Source: Glaucostegus cemiculus
Lineage: Eukaryota
Assembly (NCBI GenBank): GCA_976551045.1
Contig: CDPCPM010000045.1
Coordinates: 15,934,001-15,998,000 of the forward strand
DNA: 64,000 nucleotides
Direction of reading: 5' to 3'
The translations under genes and the position numbers were made by a program. The notes under the pieces were generated by a model, which was not told where the DNA came from, did not search any database, and saw only the letters and a list, made by a program, of their open reading frames with translations. Positions 62,202 through 64,000 of this stretch are shown here, in pieces. Within the stretch, counting starts at the first letter, position 1. Each line of letters begins with the position of its first letter.

Positions 62202-63425
62202 TGTATGAAATGAGAGACAAGAATTAAACCAAGTTAGAGTATCCCTTTAAGTTTGGAATAGAATAGATGGAGCTTAATAATCGATACTACCGACCTACCA
62301 ATTACATTCATGGACATCATCAAATTTGTAGTTTTTAAAACGTCTGATAGAATTTAAAAATCATTTGAACAGGTCATTTCCAGAAAGGCAGTGTTATCAG
62401 TTTTGTAATCCTAAATGATGGCTATTATTTTTGTTGCTATTTATCAGGGTAAGGAGCATGATGTTGGTTGGGCCCTTAGAAAGAAAATCTGAAATAGTAA
62501 GGCTAAACTAACTGATTAAGAGAATAGTGCCAGAATATTCCATATTGCAGTGTTGACAATTTTTAGCTTCATTAGAAACTCTATAAATTTATTCTTTTCA
62601 GTATTTATCAATGAATGTCCAAGATTCCAAATGGCCGCCTATTTCCATTTCCAAAATCTGTATTCCTTTGGTACAAGAAAGCATAATGGAGGCCATATTT
62701 GACAGAAATTTCTTTAATTCTTCTTAAGGGAGAACTGGATACCAATAGAGAAGCTGATGTGAGCGTTTAAAACTTAAGGAATAATGCTGAGCTTTGAAAC
62801 AAGCATGTATTCCTGAACCAATTTTTTAAAAGTTGAAACTAGATAGTACAGTTAATTTTCTCTCCCTAGATAATCGCACTTGAAGTTAGATAACTCTGCT
62901 AAACAGAGAGGTGCAAAATCCTGTTAAACATATCCAATTATCCTTTATTAGTAAACTCTTCCATCTCTTCCTGGGAATGTTGCTTACCACACCAACGTGC
63001 CAACCATAAGAGCAGGAGACATCCTCCTAACCACCATTGGAATCTGTTGTTAATTTATTTTTAATCAAATCTAAGTGATGCTTTCACTTCTGAAATGTAT
63101 TAGAGTAATCTTGCATATTTTGAATAAATTTAGAACTATCAAGCTATATAGATTTATTAATAGTAGTACCCATGTACAATAAATTGTTAAAACTTTATGC
63201 TGAAGTAATTCTGGTAGTACTAACTTGCTCAGTGAGAAAGACTGCTTTACCAAAATGTAACTCTGGTTACCAGGGTGATGCAATTTTATGTCTAAAGCAA
63301 TTAAAACAACGGGTTGTCTGAGTTGTACATAAAGTTAATTTTTTAAATGATAGAACATGATTATGAGAAGGACTATCTTCTTTATTATGTATTTCATTAA
63401 TGGGAAAAAAAATGCTATTTTCCAG

Positions 63426-63524
63426 CTCAGAACACGTCAAGGAACAGAGTTACTGATTCAATTAGACAATGATAATCTCATCAATGAATGGTATAAAGCT
63501 CTTGAAGAGACTATTAGTAGTCAG
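63426..63524 (+). CDS. ARHGAP12: ARHGAP12 exon, 99 nt, PH domain end (LRTRQGTELLIQLDNDNLINEWYKALEETISSQ)
   Basis: Acceptor attttccag, donor gtgcgt. Contains the PH C-terminal helix Trp. Confidence 0.96.
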
Positions 63525-63658
63525 GTGCGTATTCAAATTAGAGCATTTTGCTTTCCATGTCACTGTTTATATAATGTACTCTGCTTTTACTGATTCACTG
63601 GTAAACTGTTCAAGAAATCTGTAAATTAATTTAGCCCTCACAACTAATTTCATTACAG

Positions 63659-63758
63659 ACAGAGTCTGATGAAGCTGCTGAAGATGATATGCCAGAATCC
63701 CCAGGCATTGAAAAGCAAGATAAAGATAAAAATAATAAAGACTTAAAAAAATCACGAC
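63659..63758 (+). CDS. ARHGAP12: ARHGAP12 exon, 100 nt, post-PH linker (TESDEAAEDDMPESPGIEKQDKDKNNKDLKKSR), phase 0-1
   Basis: Branch-like actaat, acceptor cattacag, donor gtaagt. P.SPGIEK.DK motif. The gene continues beyond the window. Confidence 0.93.
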
Positions 63759-64000
63759 GTAAGTCATAAAGTACATAAATTTCATAAGATTAGATTGTTT
63801 CAGCCTATAAGATATGCTTCCTCCTTGCCATTTTTCTTGCATGCAAGACTTTAGCAAACACTCAAAAAAGAGAACTCAGGTTGAATTCATGCTTCACAGT
63901 TCATGACAGATTCATTAATGCATTGCATGAAATTCTTCCTTGCAACTTTATTGAAAACATTTCCAAAGCTGCTGAACAGTTTCATTGGTTATAGTAAACT

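Noticed and set aside
1-64000. CRISPR arrays, tRNA/rRNA genes, prokaryote-style operons or an intact autonomous element
   Set aside because: None seen. The window is a vertebrate intron-exon region; recurring motifs are dispersed TE copies and no transposase or full LINE is intact.

Overview
Eukaryotic (vertebrate) genomic DNA, AT-rich and dominated by transposon relics. The repeat repertoire (many CR1 families, Rex1/Babar, Penelope-like elements, a V-SINE-like and a DeuSINE-like copy) suggests a cartilaginous fish, probably a ray or shark; this is an inference. The whole window lies inside one + strand gene that I recognise as ARHGAP12 (Rho GTPase-activating protein 12). Ten GT-AG exons between 15353 and 63758 splice into one stop-free frame (1138 nt, about 379 aa) covering the WW domains, a linker and the PH domain. 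The SH3 exon is upstream and the RhoGAP exons are downstream of the window. Introns hold a young 5'-truncated CR1 with an uninterrupted ~764-codon ORF2, many decayed CR1/L2/RTE/Rex-Babar copies, a solo LTR with a 4-bp TSD, Penelope-like remnants with fossil hammerhead ribozyme cores, and a rearranged Tc1 transposon. I see no evidence of a wholly new multi-gene system. The best leads are: a fold-back Tc1 with two right ends forming about 630 bp of inverted repeat; a clean extra 84-nt in-frame candidate exon (40620-40703); a ~143-bp local inverted duplication fused to the 5' end of a CR1 insertion; a candidate RBFOX-flanked poison/cassette exon inside the PH domain; and a tail-only CR1 insertion. 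All identities were judged by eye and no searches were run.
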